DNA of 64,000 bases from Carcharhinus longimanus (Eukaryota), in contig JASCQW010000043.1 of the NCBI GenBank assembly GCA_030264375.1, positions 32,209,960 through 32,273,959 of the forward strand. The letters are read 5' to 3'. Below are positions 23,770 to 36,689 of this stretch, one piece after another. Within the stretch, counting starts at the first letter, position 1. Every line of letters starts with the position of its first letter. The translations under genes were made by a program, and so were the position numbers. The notes under the pieces are model-generated. The model searched no databases and had not been told where the DNA came from. It was given only the letters and a program-made list of their open reading frames with translations.

Positions 23770-25842
23770 TCCAGGAACTAAGAATGGGCAAGTATACAGT
23801 TTCTGCAGCTGTTTCCATTACTTGAAGATAACATTGGTGAATCTGCACCTCCCAGATCATAAAAAGCAGAGTTCAGTAGGTTCTGCAGGCATGTGCCATT
23901 TTTAGTGAAAACCTTGTGCATAGAACTTGGGTTGGTTGTGAACTTCTGTCAGCTGGAATCTGGCTACATTTTAGAAGAGGGGATAAAATTCTTGGTGATG
24001 AATTTGATGAAGGATGACTCTGCCAAGGCCAAGGTCACCTATTTGGGATATGTCATGGGGCAAAGTCAGATGTTGCCCAGAGAAGCTAAAGTTTCAAGCA
24101 ATTATGGACTTTCTTGTCTCTAAAACAAAACAAAAAATATTACAATCCCTCAGAATTTGTGAGCTTTGCAGGAAGTTCCTGCCAAATTTTAATGCTGTCT
24201 TCACTCCATTAAAGAACTTGTTGAAGAAAAATATACAAGTTAGCTGGATAAAATTAACTTGAGAGTTTGAAGGTCATATTAATAAATGAAGCTGCTTGGT
24301 GCTCCATAACAAATTAATTATTGATGCTGGACTCTAGATATAGGAGCAGTTTTACAATAAGGTGATGATACTTGTATAAAACATCCAGTTAGTTGTTTCT
24401 CAAGAAAACTGAATGCATATCATTGAAAGTACCCCACAATTGAGAAGGAAATGTCCTGTTTTGGCTGTTCAACAATTTGAAGTTGAATCAAGATGAGACA
24501 TTAATTTATGCTAATCATAATCCTCTGGTGTTTTGGAGAAGTTCCACAGGAAGAATCTTCAGTTGTTCTGATGGAGTTTAATACTGCAGCCCTTCAGCCT
24601 CAAGATAGGGCATGTTGCTGCAAAAGTCAATATAATTACTGATGCTCAGTCAAATGTTTAAAGGAAGGATGCAGGAAGGAAGTCAGGCTCTGAGTTTTGA
24701 TACTTCTTTGAATCCATCTAGTAGCTTTTGCTTCAACTAATCCCTTACAATTTTGTAAATATATGTTTAGTAATGAAACATAGAAAGTATACCTGTACCA
24801 TAGTAAGCTATTTGTTAAAATGTTGAGGATGATAAGAAATGCTATCGTGAAGCCTTCTTTTATCAAGGGGTGGGGTGGGGAATGTGATGTATTCTGCAGT
24901 ATCACAGCTTACAGTTCTTGAGAGAGACTCTAATTAAAAAGGGAAAATGAGAAAGTAAACTGACTGTCCCAGTTTCTAAGAAAACTAAGACTGAAACTGA
25001 GATTGGAAACCAAAAATTCTGGAGATGCTAAAGTTCTGAGTAGAGTCATATTCAACTTGAAACTTTAATTTAAGGGTGGACAATAAATATTGGCCTAGTC
25101 AGTGGCATTTACATCCCATCAAAGGCTTTTTTTAAGAGCCAGCTTCTCTCCTCACATATGCTATCAGACTTGCTGAGTATTTCCAGCACTTTCTGATTTT
25201 ATTTGAAACACCTGGGGAGGCTGAAACCATTTAATCAGGACACGGTTACTAAGTTGATGATGATCCCAGTGGATGAAGCAGGCTGAATAAGACAGAGGCT
25301 AGATCCAGAGGCTAAAAATAGACAGATATACAGTTGACTGTGTTTGTTTTCTGTTAATTGGAAATAACATTGGTGGTTTGACACAACAACTAGTCCCTCG
25401 TAAGTAGAGTTGAGTAAACTGGGGTTGGTTGCTCACTGCTGTTAGCCAGGGTCAAGCTAAATTCTAGAGGAAACGTCACTACAATTCTTTGTGAGGAAGA
25501 CACAGATGTGACCAAGATTGATGGCATATAGATTGAATGGAGTACAGAACCAATTTGTAATATCTGTCTTAGTTGTATCTGCCATTGAATTTGTAATTTA
25601 GAGTTTATAATTGGGATTGTAATTTGTTAATTCATGTTCAACTTATATGGATTCTGAGTTTTAAAAGTATAGCTGGTTACAGAGGTAGTAATTAGTGTTT
25701 GCTTTGTTTGATTCTTGTATAGTAAAATGATTTTGTTTTAAACTGTGGGATCTTCTGTCTTCATTCCTTCTGTAAATAATTGGCATCTTGAATTTCTTTA
25801 AAAAAAAGCTTATGAGGGTCTAGTTGTTGTGTAGAACCACCA
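23770..25842 (+). mobile_element. Internally deleted Ty3/Gypsy (Gmr1-like) LTR retrotransposon relic: LTR piece, RT end and RNase H, PPT, 3' LTR
   Basis: AKAKVTYLGYVMGQ...PREAKV/QAIMDF...RKFLPNFNAVFTPLKNLLKK; RNase H remnants IIDA..IGAVL, HPVSCFSRKLN, YPTIEKE, NHNPLVF, WSLILQPF; purine-rich PPT 24865-24882 then TG-start LTR. Confidence 0.85.
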
Positions 25843-26099
25843 ATGTGATTTCCAATTAACAGATTGCAAATCTTGAATTAAGATCCTTCTATCCGGTGCT
25901 ATTTTGGGTTTCTTCCCCAGACCCATGGCTTTAAGAGCCCCAGTTCTGTCATGTTTTTGGGTAACTACTTATCCCCGCAGGAAGAGTTGGTGCATTCTGC
26001 TCCAAGCAGTGCCTTGGAACTTTTTTCTGAAGGCACTATATAAATGGAAGTTGTGGTTAAGCAATTTCCCCTTTTACAGTTTTCCACGCACATGTTTTA

Positions 26100-29000
26100 T
26101 GCTTTCATTTCTTGTTTTATTTTCGAAGTTTAAGTACTGATTGGGTGTGAGGTTCAGCGTGAACTCACTCAGATCACACAAAAGGCCCGAGGTGTTGCGA
26201 AATGCCATTCCCGGGATTACATGGCTGACTGGGGCTCAGCTGTGAACCTCAGCACCCTCTGTAGGAAGCTGCTGGACAGCTGGTCCCGTTTCTTTGTATT
26301 TGGGGGAAAGAAAACACCGTGGCTATTGACAGAAGGCAAAGCCCCTTCTCCGGCTGCGTGTCATACACACAAGCAACATTTTGTAAAAGAAGCAGAATCT
26401 TCCCCTCCTTACTGGGATAAGATTGAAGCTCGTGTCTGGTAAAGGTTAATCACCATAAAATCCAGCACAATCCCCGAGTGCATAAAAAGTGTAGGTCCAA
26501 AGCAAACCCAGCTTTTTCAAGTAACCCGATTCTTTTCTGCATTGATATTGAGCACAGGCCACTCAAAAGATGAATGCACGGACAGGAAGCACGTTTTGCC
26601 TTTTAGTGCTGCTTAGCAGGCACAGCTGACAAGTCCCAATATTAGGCAAGTAAATAATCCAGTTAATCTTTAATGTGTAAACCCTTCGTTTGATCTCACC
26701 TACACCTGCGAGACTCACTCTGCCATTACCTACAGCGGACTAGTACGAGTTTTATTGCGCCTGTGGAAAAGGGCAACTACCTCCTTTAAAACTGCCACAA
26801 CGAGTTACCGCACATCGCGTGACTTTTTAAACTTTAAAAGCTCTCTTGTTGGCTGCAACCTAAATCGAAACGGAAACATTGCACATTGCACGTTCCAATC
26901 GTCCTTCTGCGGCTGTGTGAACGGTATGTAACCTTTTTCAACACAAAACCCCAACTCTACCCTGCTTAGGGAATTTGATCAAATTTATAGGCACCCCCAC
27001 CCCCAACATCCACTCATCCAAACACACACACAGACACACACACACATACATTTACTGGCTCGTTTCTCTTTTGACACTGATTGTCACTTTGTATCAAATC
27101 CACACAACAGCAGAAAATTTTCCGAACATTTTGATCACTACATAGGATTAAAGGTTTAATTTACACGCATATCTTACTCCAGAAGACATTTTATATCTAA
27201 ATATTGTCAAACACTATTATCATTTCCCATACAGCAATGGATTTTTGTAACTAATTGGGAATAGCGCTGTTGCCTCTGTTGCATTTCCGCTGTTTTGTCA
27301 AAACAGAATGAAATTAAACGTGTTGTTTCAAAAATGAAGGAGTAATTTATTTCTCTGCCTACTCACAATCGAGATGTTAAATACACTTGCAGGTATTAAT
27401 GAAGGAATGTGGCCAGAAACCTCCTTGAAAAGCGGTGTAAAGTGTGCACAGAACTCGTGCACATCCCAATTTCAGAACAATGAGAAGTATGGCTGTTGTC
27501 TTTTAATCTGCCGGCGATGTCACACTCTAACTCCATCTGCACAAACATTTAGAATCCAACTGCAACTTTTAAAATCCGCTTTTTTTTTGCTGTTGTTCTG
27601 CTTCGCCGGCTATCAGGAAAATTCCTTTGGGTACAATTTTCTCACATGTGGCGATTTAGCATAAGCTGGAATAAAAGGTCACTTTGATGGTTCAGATCAT
27701 TAATAAGGAGGCAAAAAAAAATCCTTCCTGACGGGTGAGTTCACAGGTCCCATAATTGCAGAATGATGGAATATCTCCCTGCAGACCAGAGGAGGAACAG
27801 TTGAAAGCCAAGTTGGTAATTAAGAAAAACAATAAAAAAAACTCAGAACAAACTTTACAGATGAAAGCGAGTTTTTTTAAAAGCAGCTGGAAACTATGGG
27901 AGTGAACTCTGAGGAATAACCACATTGTACTTCATGGCTTTGGACTCGAAAGTTTGGATAGGAGATCACTCCCGGGTCACGGGGAAGGATTTGCCGTGTC
28001 TGTAAGTTCATTCAGCAATACCTCCACAGACAGGACCCTCCCTTTAAACGGTTTGGATGCGGTGCTGCATCCTGATTTCTAAAAATGACCAGCTAACGCC
28101 TCTCCCGTTTCCTCGCATGACCCTTTTTGTAATTTACTATCAGTGCGCTCCCGTGCACTCAAAACGCCTCGATCAAGCTCAGTGCAGCCAATCTACTTCG
28201 CTGTGTAGGTCAAAGTAGAAATTAAATATTTTTAGTAAACGAACAGCGAATTCTGAGCTGGCGTTATTGGTGTTTAGATTAGTCTTTTTAACTAAAATAT
28301 CTGAAACACATATGAGAACAGTGAAGGTTCATGAAGCTAAGCAACAGCTTTTCAGAAAAACGGCAAGGGCCTAATCCAATCGCTTTCTTTGTACTGTATG
28401 GAATTCGGACTTATTCATACATAAACGCATATTATATTATTTTAAGTACTCACATACAGAGGTAGAAAGAGTGCATTATTTCTCAAATGAACCAGAGAAG
28501 CCATTTTAAATACTAAATTATTATGTGTAATATATATTGAATATAGTTATTACTGATACTGCAACCAAAGCGTTTTTGAATGCCAATGCTTCTGGCAAAC
28601 AAATGGTTCGTTTTAATAAAACTGTACAGCTAAATACACAGTCGGGTGTCTATCTACCTTGTTGCTTTTGTCCTTTATTTGCGGCATATGAATGTAAATC
28701 AAACATTCGCAGAAAACACACCGGCCTGGTGTAACTGGAGAAAACTATTAAGTTTTCGTGGATCTATTTGTCCACATTACAATAAACTAAGGTAATAGTA
28801 GATTTCTGACTTATATTATTTCCCTTTACACCGCCACTGTGTTCCCAGGAAAAGGACAATGATACGCAAATTCTCAGCCAAATCCTCACTTTCATTTTCT
28901 GAGCGCTCTGCACGTCAAAAGCACCCACTGATATGGGATTCCGTGTCTGAGAATGGTATTTTGATTTATTTTAACAAAACAAGTATCCTACAAATGTATT

Positions 29001-29180
29001 TTCCAGATGTATTAGGAGCTACAATTTTTTTTCTCTCTGTAAACTCGGATGATCAGACTGAATAGAGTTACCGGGCCTGTTTTTACTGAATAATTTGTTG
29101 AAAGTCAGTCTAATTGATCGGGTCTCATTTCCAGCCACTATGTCAGTTAAAAACGAAGTTATTGAGTTTAGCTAGTTCAG
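26100..29180. promoter_or_regulatory. CpG-retaining, TE-free block with enhancer-like segments (~26520-26960, ~27660-27940)
   Basis: Many CpGs relative to the flanks, no recognisable repeats; Fox-like gtaaata/gtaaac, TCF ctttgat, homeodomain taatta and E-box cagctg motifs. Confidence 0.4.
27022..27050. repeat. (CA)n microsatellite
   Basis: acacacacacagacacacacacacataca. Confidence 0.85.
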
Positions 29181-31182
29181 ACANNNNNNNNNNNNNNNNN
29201 NNNNNNNNNNNNNNNNNNNNNNNNNNNNNNNNNNNNNNNNNNNNNNNNNNNNNNNNNNNNNNNNNNNNNNNNNNNNNNNNNNNNNNNNNNNNNNNNNNNN
29301 NNNNNNNNNNNNNNNNNNNNNNNNNNNNNNNNNNNNNNNNNNNNNNNNNNNNNNNNNNNNNNNNNNNNNNNNNNNNNNNNNNNNNNNNNNNNNNNNNNNN
29401 NNNNNNNNNNNNNNNNNNNNNNNNNNNNNNNNNNNNNNNNNNNNNNNNNNNNNNNNNNNNNNNNNNNNNNNNNNNNNNNNNNNNNNNNNNNNNNNNNNNN
29501 NNNNNNNNNNNNNNNNNNNNNNNNNNNNNNNNNNNNNNNNNNNNNNNNNNNNNNNNNNNNNNNNNNNNNNNNNNNNNNNNNNNNNNNNNNNNNNNNNNNN
29601 NNNNNNNNNNNNNNNNNNNNNNNNNNNNNNNNNNNNNNNNNNNNNNNNNNNNNNNNNNNNNNNNNNNNNNNNNNNNNNNNNNNNNNNNNNNNNNNNNNNN
29701 NNNNNNNNNNNNNNNNNNNNNNNNNNNNNNNNNNNNNNNNNNNNNNNNNNNNNNNNNNNNNNNNNNNNNNNNNNNNNNNNNNNNNNNNNNNNNNNNNNNN
29801 NNNNNNNNNNNNNNNNNNNNNNNNNNNNNNNNNNNNNNNNNNNNNNNNNNNNNNNNNNNNNNNNNNNNNNNNNNNNNNNNNNNNNNNNNNNNNNNNNNNN
29901 NNNNNNNNNNNNNNNNNNNNNNNNNNNNNNNNNNNNNNNNNNNNNNNNNNNNNNNNNNNNNNNNNNNNNNNNNNNNNNNNNNNNNNNNNNNNNNNNNNNN
30001 NNNNNNNNNNNNNNNNNNNNNNNNNNNNNNNNNNNNNNNNNNNNNNNNNNNNNNNNNNNNNNNNNNNNNNNNNNNNNNNNNNNNNNNNNNNNNNNNNNNN
30101 NNNNNNNNNNNNNNNNNNNTGTCATTCAGAAGCAAGAGTGCAACTGACTGGGCCACAGCTGGTACACACCACAAGGGTAAGGGTGGGACAGTAGTAATAT
30201 TATTGGACTAGTAATCCTCAGTTTTAAATTGATATCGTGGAGATAAGAGTTATAATCCAGCATGGCATCAGGGAGAATTTAAATACAATTAATGAATTAA
30301 GCCTGGAATACAGAGTCTAGTCTCAATAACGGTGACCATGAAACTATTGGATTGCTGCCAAAAACCATTTGATTCACTAATGTCCTTTAATGAAGGAGAT
30401 CTACATGCGACCCACTGTCCTGTAAAATACCTCAGCAAGAATCTTAGTTAAATCAAACTGCCACAGAAACGTTTAATAAGAATAAAAATGCAGGAACCAT
30501 CTGGTATTGAACTAGGTACTGCTTATGACAGTGTGACAGCAAGATCAGTGGACGCTATAAACTCCTCTTAATTAACATCCGGAAACTTGTGCCAAAATTC
30601 AGAGAACTATCCCATAGAAAAGTCAAGGAACACAAAAGCAAAATACTGCAGGTGCTGAATTCTGAGAAAAGGTCACGCATCAGGAAAGGTAATTATGCTT
30701 TTTCTCTCCAGGGATGTTGCCAGACCTGCTGAGTATTTCCAGAATTTTATGATTTCATTCCAATCAAGCAAAAACCTGACATAGTTTTGCACACATAATC
30801 ACACCTACAGACAATTCTCCAGACTCCTCCATCACCATTCTTGCATATGCCCTGTTCCACCCACAGGTCAGGCCCACAACAGGTAGTTGCACAGTGATAA
30901 ACAGTTAGGAAATTACCCTTCAGTCCTCAACGTTGACTCTGGACACCATGAAGTCAACCATAAGTAAGGAAAGATCCTGCTGATTACCACCCTTCCTNNN
31001 NNNNNNNNNNNNNNNNNNNNNNNNNNNNNNNNNNNNNNNNNNNNNNNNNNNNNNNNNNNNNNNNNNNNNNNNNNNNNNNNNNNNNNNNNNNNNNNNNCAA
31101 TAAGTAAGGAAAGATCCTGCTGATTACAACCCTTCCTTAACTGATGAATCAGCACTTCTCCATGTTGAACATCACTTAGAGT

Positions 31183-31670
31183 CATAAAGTCATAGAGGTT
31201 TACAGCATGGAAACAGGCCCTTCACCCAACTTGTCCATGATGCCCCTTTTTAACCACTAAATTCGTCCCAATTGCCTGCATTCGGCCCATAACCCTCTAC
31301 ACCCACCTTACCCATGTAACTGTTTAAACACTTTCTAAAAGAAACAATTGTATCCACCTTTACTACTACCTCTGGCAGTTTGTTCCAGACACTCAGCACC
31401 CTCTGCGTGAAGAAATTGCCCCTCTGGACCCTTTTGTTTCTCTCCCTTCTTATCTTCAACCTATACCCTCTAGTTTTAGACTCCCCTACCTTTGGGAAAA
31501 GATATTGACTATCTATCTGATCTATGTCCCTCATTATTTTATAGACCTCTATGATATCATCCCTAAGCCTCCTATGCTCCAATGAAAAAAGACCCAGTCT
31601 ATCCAGCCTCAAACCATCAAAATCCTGGTAGCATCCTAGTAATTTTTTTCTGCATTATTTCTAGTTTAAT
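31183..31670 (-). mobile_element. CR1 3' fragment nested in the LINE
   Basis: RLDRLGLFSLEHRRLRDDIIEVYKIM...FFTQRVLSVWNKLP. Confidence 0.9.
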
Positions 31671-33563
31671 AGGTGTTGGAAGAGGTGTTTGGCTGGGGGA
31701 CTTAAGGGCCCCAAAATGGTATCAGCACAACCGGGCTGAAAGTTATATATGTAGCTGCCAGACTGGGTCTACAGCATAGAATGAAAGATCCTAAATGAGG
31801 GAAAAAACCAACTTGATCTCATCCTCACCAATCTACCTGTCATAGATACATCTACCCACGACTGTATTAGTAGGAGCAGTCACCACATAGTCTTTGTGGT
31901 GGCAAACTCCCATCTTCATGTTGAGGATATCCTCCATTATATTCTATATCACTATCACAACACTGAATGGGATAAATTCAGAAAAGATCTAGCAGCTTAG
32001 AACTGGGCATCCATGAGGTACCATGGGTCATTATTAGTAGCAGAATTGTATTCCACCATAGTCTGAAATCTCATGGCTTGGTATATCCATTACTCTGCCA
32101 TTATTATCAATGAATGAACCCACTTTAAAGGGATTCAGCAAAGAATGTCAAAACAGCACCCGGCTACATACATAAAACTAACATGTCAATCTGGTGAAGC
32201 TACAACACAGAAGGACAATCATGGCAAACTGCAGAGGCAGCATTCTAGAGATAAAGCTAAGTGATCTCACAACCAATAGTGTATATAAAGATTTGTAGTC
32301 CTCCTACATCATGTCATCAATGGTGGTAGTCAATTAAACAACCAATGAGAGAAGGAGGCTCCACAAACATTCTCATTTTTAATGATGAAGGGATGCAGCA
32401 TGTCAAAGCAAAATACCAGGCTGAATGTTCACAACAATCTTCAGCCACAAGTTCCAAACAAAAGCTGGTCTTTAGGCAATTTGATTCACTACACGTCATT
32501 ATAAGAATTGGCTGAATGCACTGCATACAATGACGTCTATAGGTAATTGCCCAGACATGTCCTGTCCTAGAAATCTAACTAACACACTATCAGCCTACTC
32601 TCAATCTTCAGCAAATTAATGGAAGGTGTTAGTGATAGTGCTATCAAATGGCATTTTCTCACCAGTAATCTGCTCATATCTTCAGTTTAGATTCCATCAG
32701 AACCACACAGTTTCAGACGTCATTGCAACATTGGTCTAAACATGGCAAATGAGCTAAGTTTGAGATATGTGGTCAGAGTGACTGTCCTAGAGACCAAGGT
32801 CTGACTGAGTGTGGCATAATGGATCTCAAATAAAAATGAAATCAATGGGAATCAGGGGAAACCCTCAATGGCTAGAGCCATATGTAGCACAATGGAAGAT
32901 GGGTTGTGGTTGTTGAGGAATATCATCTCAGCCCTAAAACTTTGGTACAGGAATTTTTAAAGTCAATTTCCTAGGCCTTGTCATCTTCAGCTACTTCATC
33001 AATGACCTTCTTTCCATTATAGGATCAGACATCACATTGTTCATTGATGAATGCACAGTATTAGTCACAATTGAGATTAATCAAATAATGAGGTAACTCT
33101 GTCTGCACGCAGCAACACTTGGGACAATATTCAGGCTTGGGTTGATTGATAAATGACAAATAACCTTTGGAGCACCCAAGTGCCAAACAATGACCAGAAT
33201 CAACAAGAGGGGATCTAATTTTTGCCCCTTGACATTTAATGGCATTAATGTCACTGAATCTCCCTCTCTTAACATCCTCTGAATTACCATTCAACAAAAA
33301 CTGAACTGGATCAGCCATATAAATACTGTGGCTATAAGGGGAGGTCAGGGTCTTGGAACTCTGCAGCAATTAAATCACCTCCGGACTCCTCAAAGCCTAT
33401 CCACTCTTCAGAAGGTGATGGAATTCCCTTTACTTTCCTGGGCATGTGTGACTCCAACAACATTCAGGAAATGTGACACCATCCAGGGCATAGCAGCTTG
33501 CTTGATTGACACTGCACCCATCACCTTAAACATTCACTCCATTCCCCCGCTCCTTCCCCACTC

Positions 33564-33564
<1 letters not shown>

Positions 33565-33607
<43 letters not shown>
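33565..33607. repeat. Poly-C tract
   Basis: About 40 consecutive C. Confidence 0.9.
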
Positions 33608-33609
<2 letters not shown>

Positions 33610-34287
33610 CCCCCACTACCACCATCCACAGTGACAGCGATGTTACCATTGATATGATACACTACACCAAGCCTCCTTTAACAGTATTTTCCAAACCAAT
33701 GAGCTCTACCACTTGGAGAACAAAGGCCTAAGAACATCAGCTGCCAGTTCTCCTTCAAGCCACACACCACTCTGACATAGAAACATGTCTCTTCATTGTT
33801 GCTGTGCCAAAATCCCAGAATCCTACATACAACAGTGATTATACTTCAAAAGTAAGTCATTGCCTATAAAGCAGTGTGGGTTAGTGTTAGGGTTACACAA
33901 AAATACTAAACTTTTTTTTAACTCACCACCCCCCCGCCCCCCAAATACCTCTATAGCTCTACGGCTAACACAAGAACACAGCAGTTCAAGCAGCTGACTC
34001 ACTGCCACCTTCTCAAAAGTAATTAGGGATAGGCAATAAATGTTGGCTATGCTAATGATGCCCACATCCCTTGAATTATTTCTTTTAAATACCCCTTACC
34101 ACTTATCCATACACGCTCACTCTCAAACACATTCATATAAGCAGCCCTCCACACATACACACACATGCTTTAATACAATCACACATCCACAGATAGACAA
34201 ATTTTGATCACATTACACACACAGATATTCATACAACCAAGGCTTCCAATACAACACATACAAATTGATCTTAAAGATTTAAATGAT

Positions 34288-34470
34288 TTTCACAGTAATT
34301 TCATTGCAGTGTTGATGTAAGTCACTTGTGACACTTACAAATAAACTATAAACAAATAGGCTTACATTAACACTGCAATGAAGTTACTGTGAAATCCCTA
34401 AGTTGTCACACTATGGTGACTGTTTGTGTACACTGAGGAAGAATTTATCACACCCAATGCATCTGACCAG
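34288..34470. repeat. Two SINE tails fused tail-to-tail, forming an inverted repeat
   Basis: 34288-34321 is the reverse complement of 34361-34394 with 2 mismatches. Confidence 0.85.
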
Positions 34471-34628
34471 GTCCATACAGTAATGATACTGTGCCTTTAA
34501 GAAATATATCATATTTCTTATAAGGGGTATGTTTAAAATTCAGATGTTTTGTAGGGCAATGATTCGTTTAGGAAGACCTTTAAATTAGTAGCTGGGAGAA
34601 AAAGGTAAGTACGCACTTTTGACATGGA

Positions 34629-35784
34629 GGGCATGATTTTCCCGGCCTGCTCTGCTGCTCAAATAGTACAGCAGGCTGGGAAATGGCAGCGGGGATTAGC
34701 AGGTCGTGGTTTTCCTGGGTCATTCTTTATGGCATAATCAGCCTCACACCAGAAAACAGTGCAATGCTGATTACAGTATTTAAACCCCTATGTAAATATT
34801 ATTGTTTGCTGGAGCAGAGGAGTGAAGGAGCAGAAAGAGAGACAGAGATAAGAATTTACCTGTTAAAAACCTGTTTAAATTTAAGTTTAAAGCACTTTGT
34901 TCCTTGTAGAACTGTTTAAANNNNNNNNNNNNNNNNNNNNNNNNNNNNNNNNNNNNNNNNNNNNNNNNNNNNNNNNNNNNNNNNNNNNNNNNNNNNNNNN
35001 NNNNNNNNNNNNNNNNNNNNAGCCATGATCTTATTGAATGGCGGGGCAGGCTCAAAGGGCTAGATGGCCTACTCCTATTTCTTATGTTCTTATGTTCTTA
35101 TGATGGTCCTGCCTCCACCAGGAGAAGTTCCCACCAGCGGGGGTTAAAGCTAGTCCCCACCAATGAGGTCACAGTGTGATGGCTTTGCTAATGGGAAAGA
35201 GGCCATTGAAGCCAACTGGGAGGTTGGAGGTAGAGCGGGGTGTCCTTTGAGTAGTTCCAGACTGACACCTTGGCACTGCCTCCTGGGCACCTTAGCATGC
35301 TCACAGGCATTGGGTAGTGCCAAGGAGCTGGAGCCTGAGGAGGCAGGCCTTCTGGAGGTCAGGCCAGACAGCTGTGGGCCAACCGGTGGTGATGGGGGTG
35401 GGGGGTCGCTGCATACTCTGCATTTGAGATCAGTGAGGAGGGAGAGAGGGGCAATCAGGGTTGACAATGAGGGTTTCGGCAATCAGGGAGGTTAGGGATG
35501 CTGGTGATCGGGATGGGTGAGGGCTGGAGCCAGCAATCAGAGGCATTGGGGCTGGAAATTAGGGAGCATCAGGACTGGCAATGGGGGCAGTTGTAGAAGC
35601 CATTAAGAGGCTAATGGTGGTGGGGGGGGCAGCAATGTGCATGTGCCAATCTACCTACTGGAAGATCAGTGCATGTGATGCATCAAGTGCATGAAATTCA
35701 CCTAAGTACACCCAAAAATGGGTAGTAAAATTGCCTATTTTCTCACCCTTGGGCACTTAATTCTTTTTTAGGAAAATTGCCCCC
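34629..35784. mobile_element. Non-autonomous Harbinger-like DNA transposon with a nested young CR1 end (gap, 35021-35103)
   Basis: TIRs gggcatgattttcc / ggaaaattgccc; interior similar to 9534-10570. Confidence 0.7.
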
Positions 35785-35789
35785 TGAAT

Positions 35790-36370
35790 GTTTCTTTAAG
35801 CAAAGCTAATGCATTTGCATTTACTTAGGTTCTCTCTGGTGTTTCAAGCTCAAATTTTGATTAAGTTAATTGACAGGGATGAAGTAATGTGCTTAATGGG
35901 AGGAGCTAAGCATGCAGGAAAGAGAGAGTTTCAGTTTCATCTTAAAACAGTTGCTACCTTGGCAGCCAGAATTAGGCTTTCTGTCTCTTTTTTCTTCACA
36001 GGTGTTCTGAAAGCTTTAGGTTGCTAGCCTACAACAATCAAGGATGCCTATGTTTTGCTAACTAATTTTAAAGAGAGTTTAAGTCTATAGGGGAAATTTT
36101 GCTGGATTGGAACTCATAGCGATAGGTTAAAAGTTAAGAATTCGATCTTGTCATTCTGAATATTGTCCAATTGTTAAAAGTTAAGCTAATTCATTTGTTA
36201 TAAACTGTTGTTAAATAAAGCTAGTTTTGATGAAGATTTCCCAGTGTGTCAGTAGACTCACGCTTGGAGTGCAACATCTTACTTTCACACTAATACCAAA
36301 ACAGCAAATTATTGGGGTCTCGTCTGGCTTCATGACATACCTTGGGATTTCTAATCTGGTACCCTTCCCA
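35790..36370 (+). mobile_element. Probable LTR remnant (R/U5-like part)
   Basis: AATAAA at ~36214 followed by a U5-like end ...ccttgggatttctaatctggtacccttccca. Confidence 0.4.
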
Positions 36371-36689
36371 TACACACACATATGCACACACAGCTAACAC
36401 TTTTTCCTTGTATATAATGGATGATAACTGGCTCAAACATGATACATGAATCATTTGATTTCAATGCTCTTTACAGTTGCTGGTTTATCATTCTTAACTG
36501 TAACATTAAATGATTTAGAAACTTGGCCTGCTTCTAGCAATGCCCACATTTTCATAAGTGGGATTTATTTTAATTTTATTCATATTTTCTGTTCCTTGAT
36601 CTGGATAGGTCCCGGAGAAACTGTGTGCTTAGCACAAAATAAATAACTCAATCCCAGATAAAAGTAAATTACTGTGGATGTTGGAATCT

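Larger units (their letters stand above)
30181..34080 (+). mobile_element. Near full-length decayed CR1-group LINE with tRNA-like 5' head, APE endonuclease and RT, no ORF1
   Basis: Head homologous to SINE 2700-3023; APE start INIRKLVPKFRELSHR..KQKPDIV at ~30570-30800; RT motifs (FRFHQNH, FINDLLSII, QQHLGQY) at 32600-33200; 3' tail at 34020-34075; nested insertions. Confidence 0.8.

Noticed and set aside
29114-30211. Long ORFs of 240-365 aa (also 21453-22412, 38443-39029, 57560-58499)
   Set aside because: They consist almost entirely of N-gap X residues
33328-33657. Proline-rich ORF
   Set aside because: Translation of a poly-C tract inside a decayed LINE
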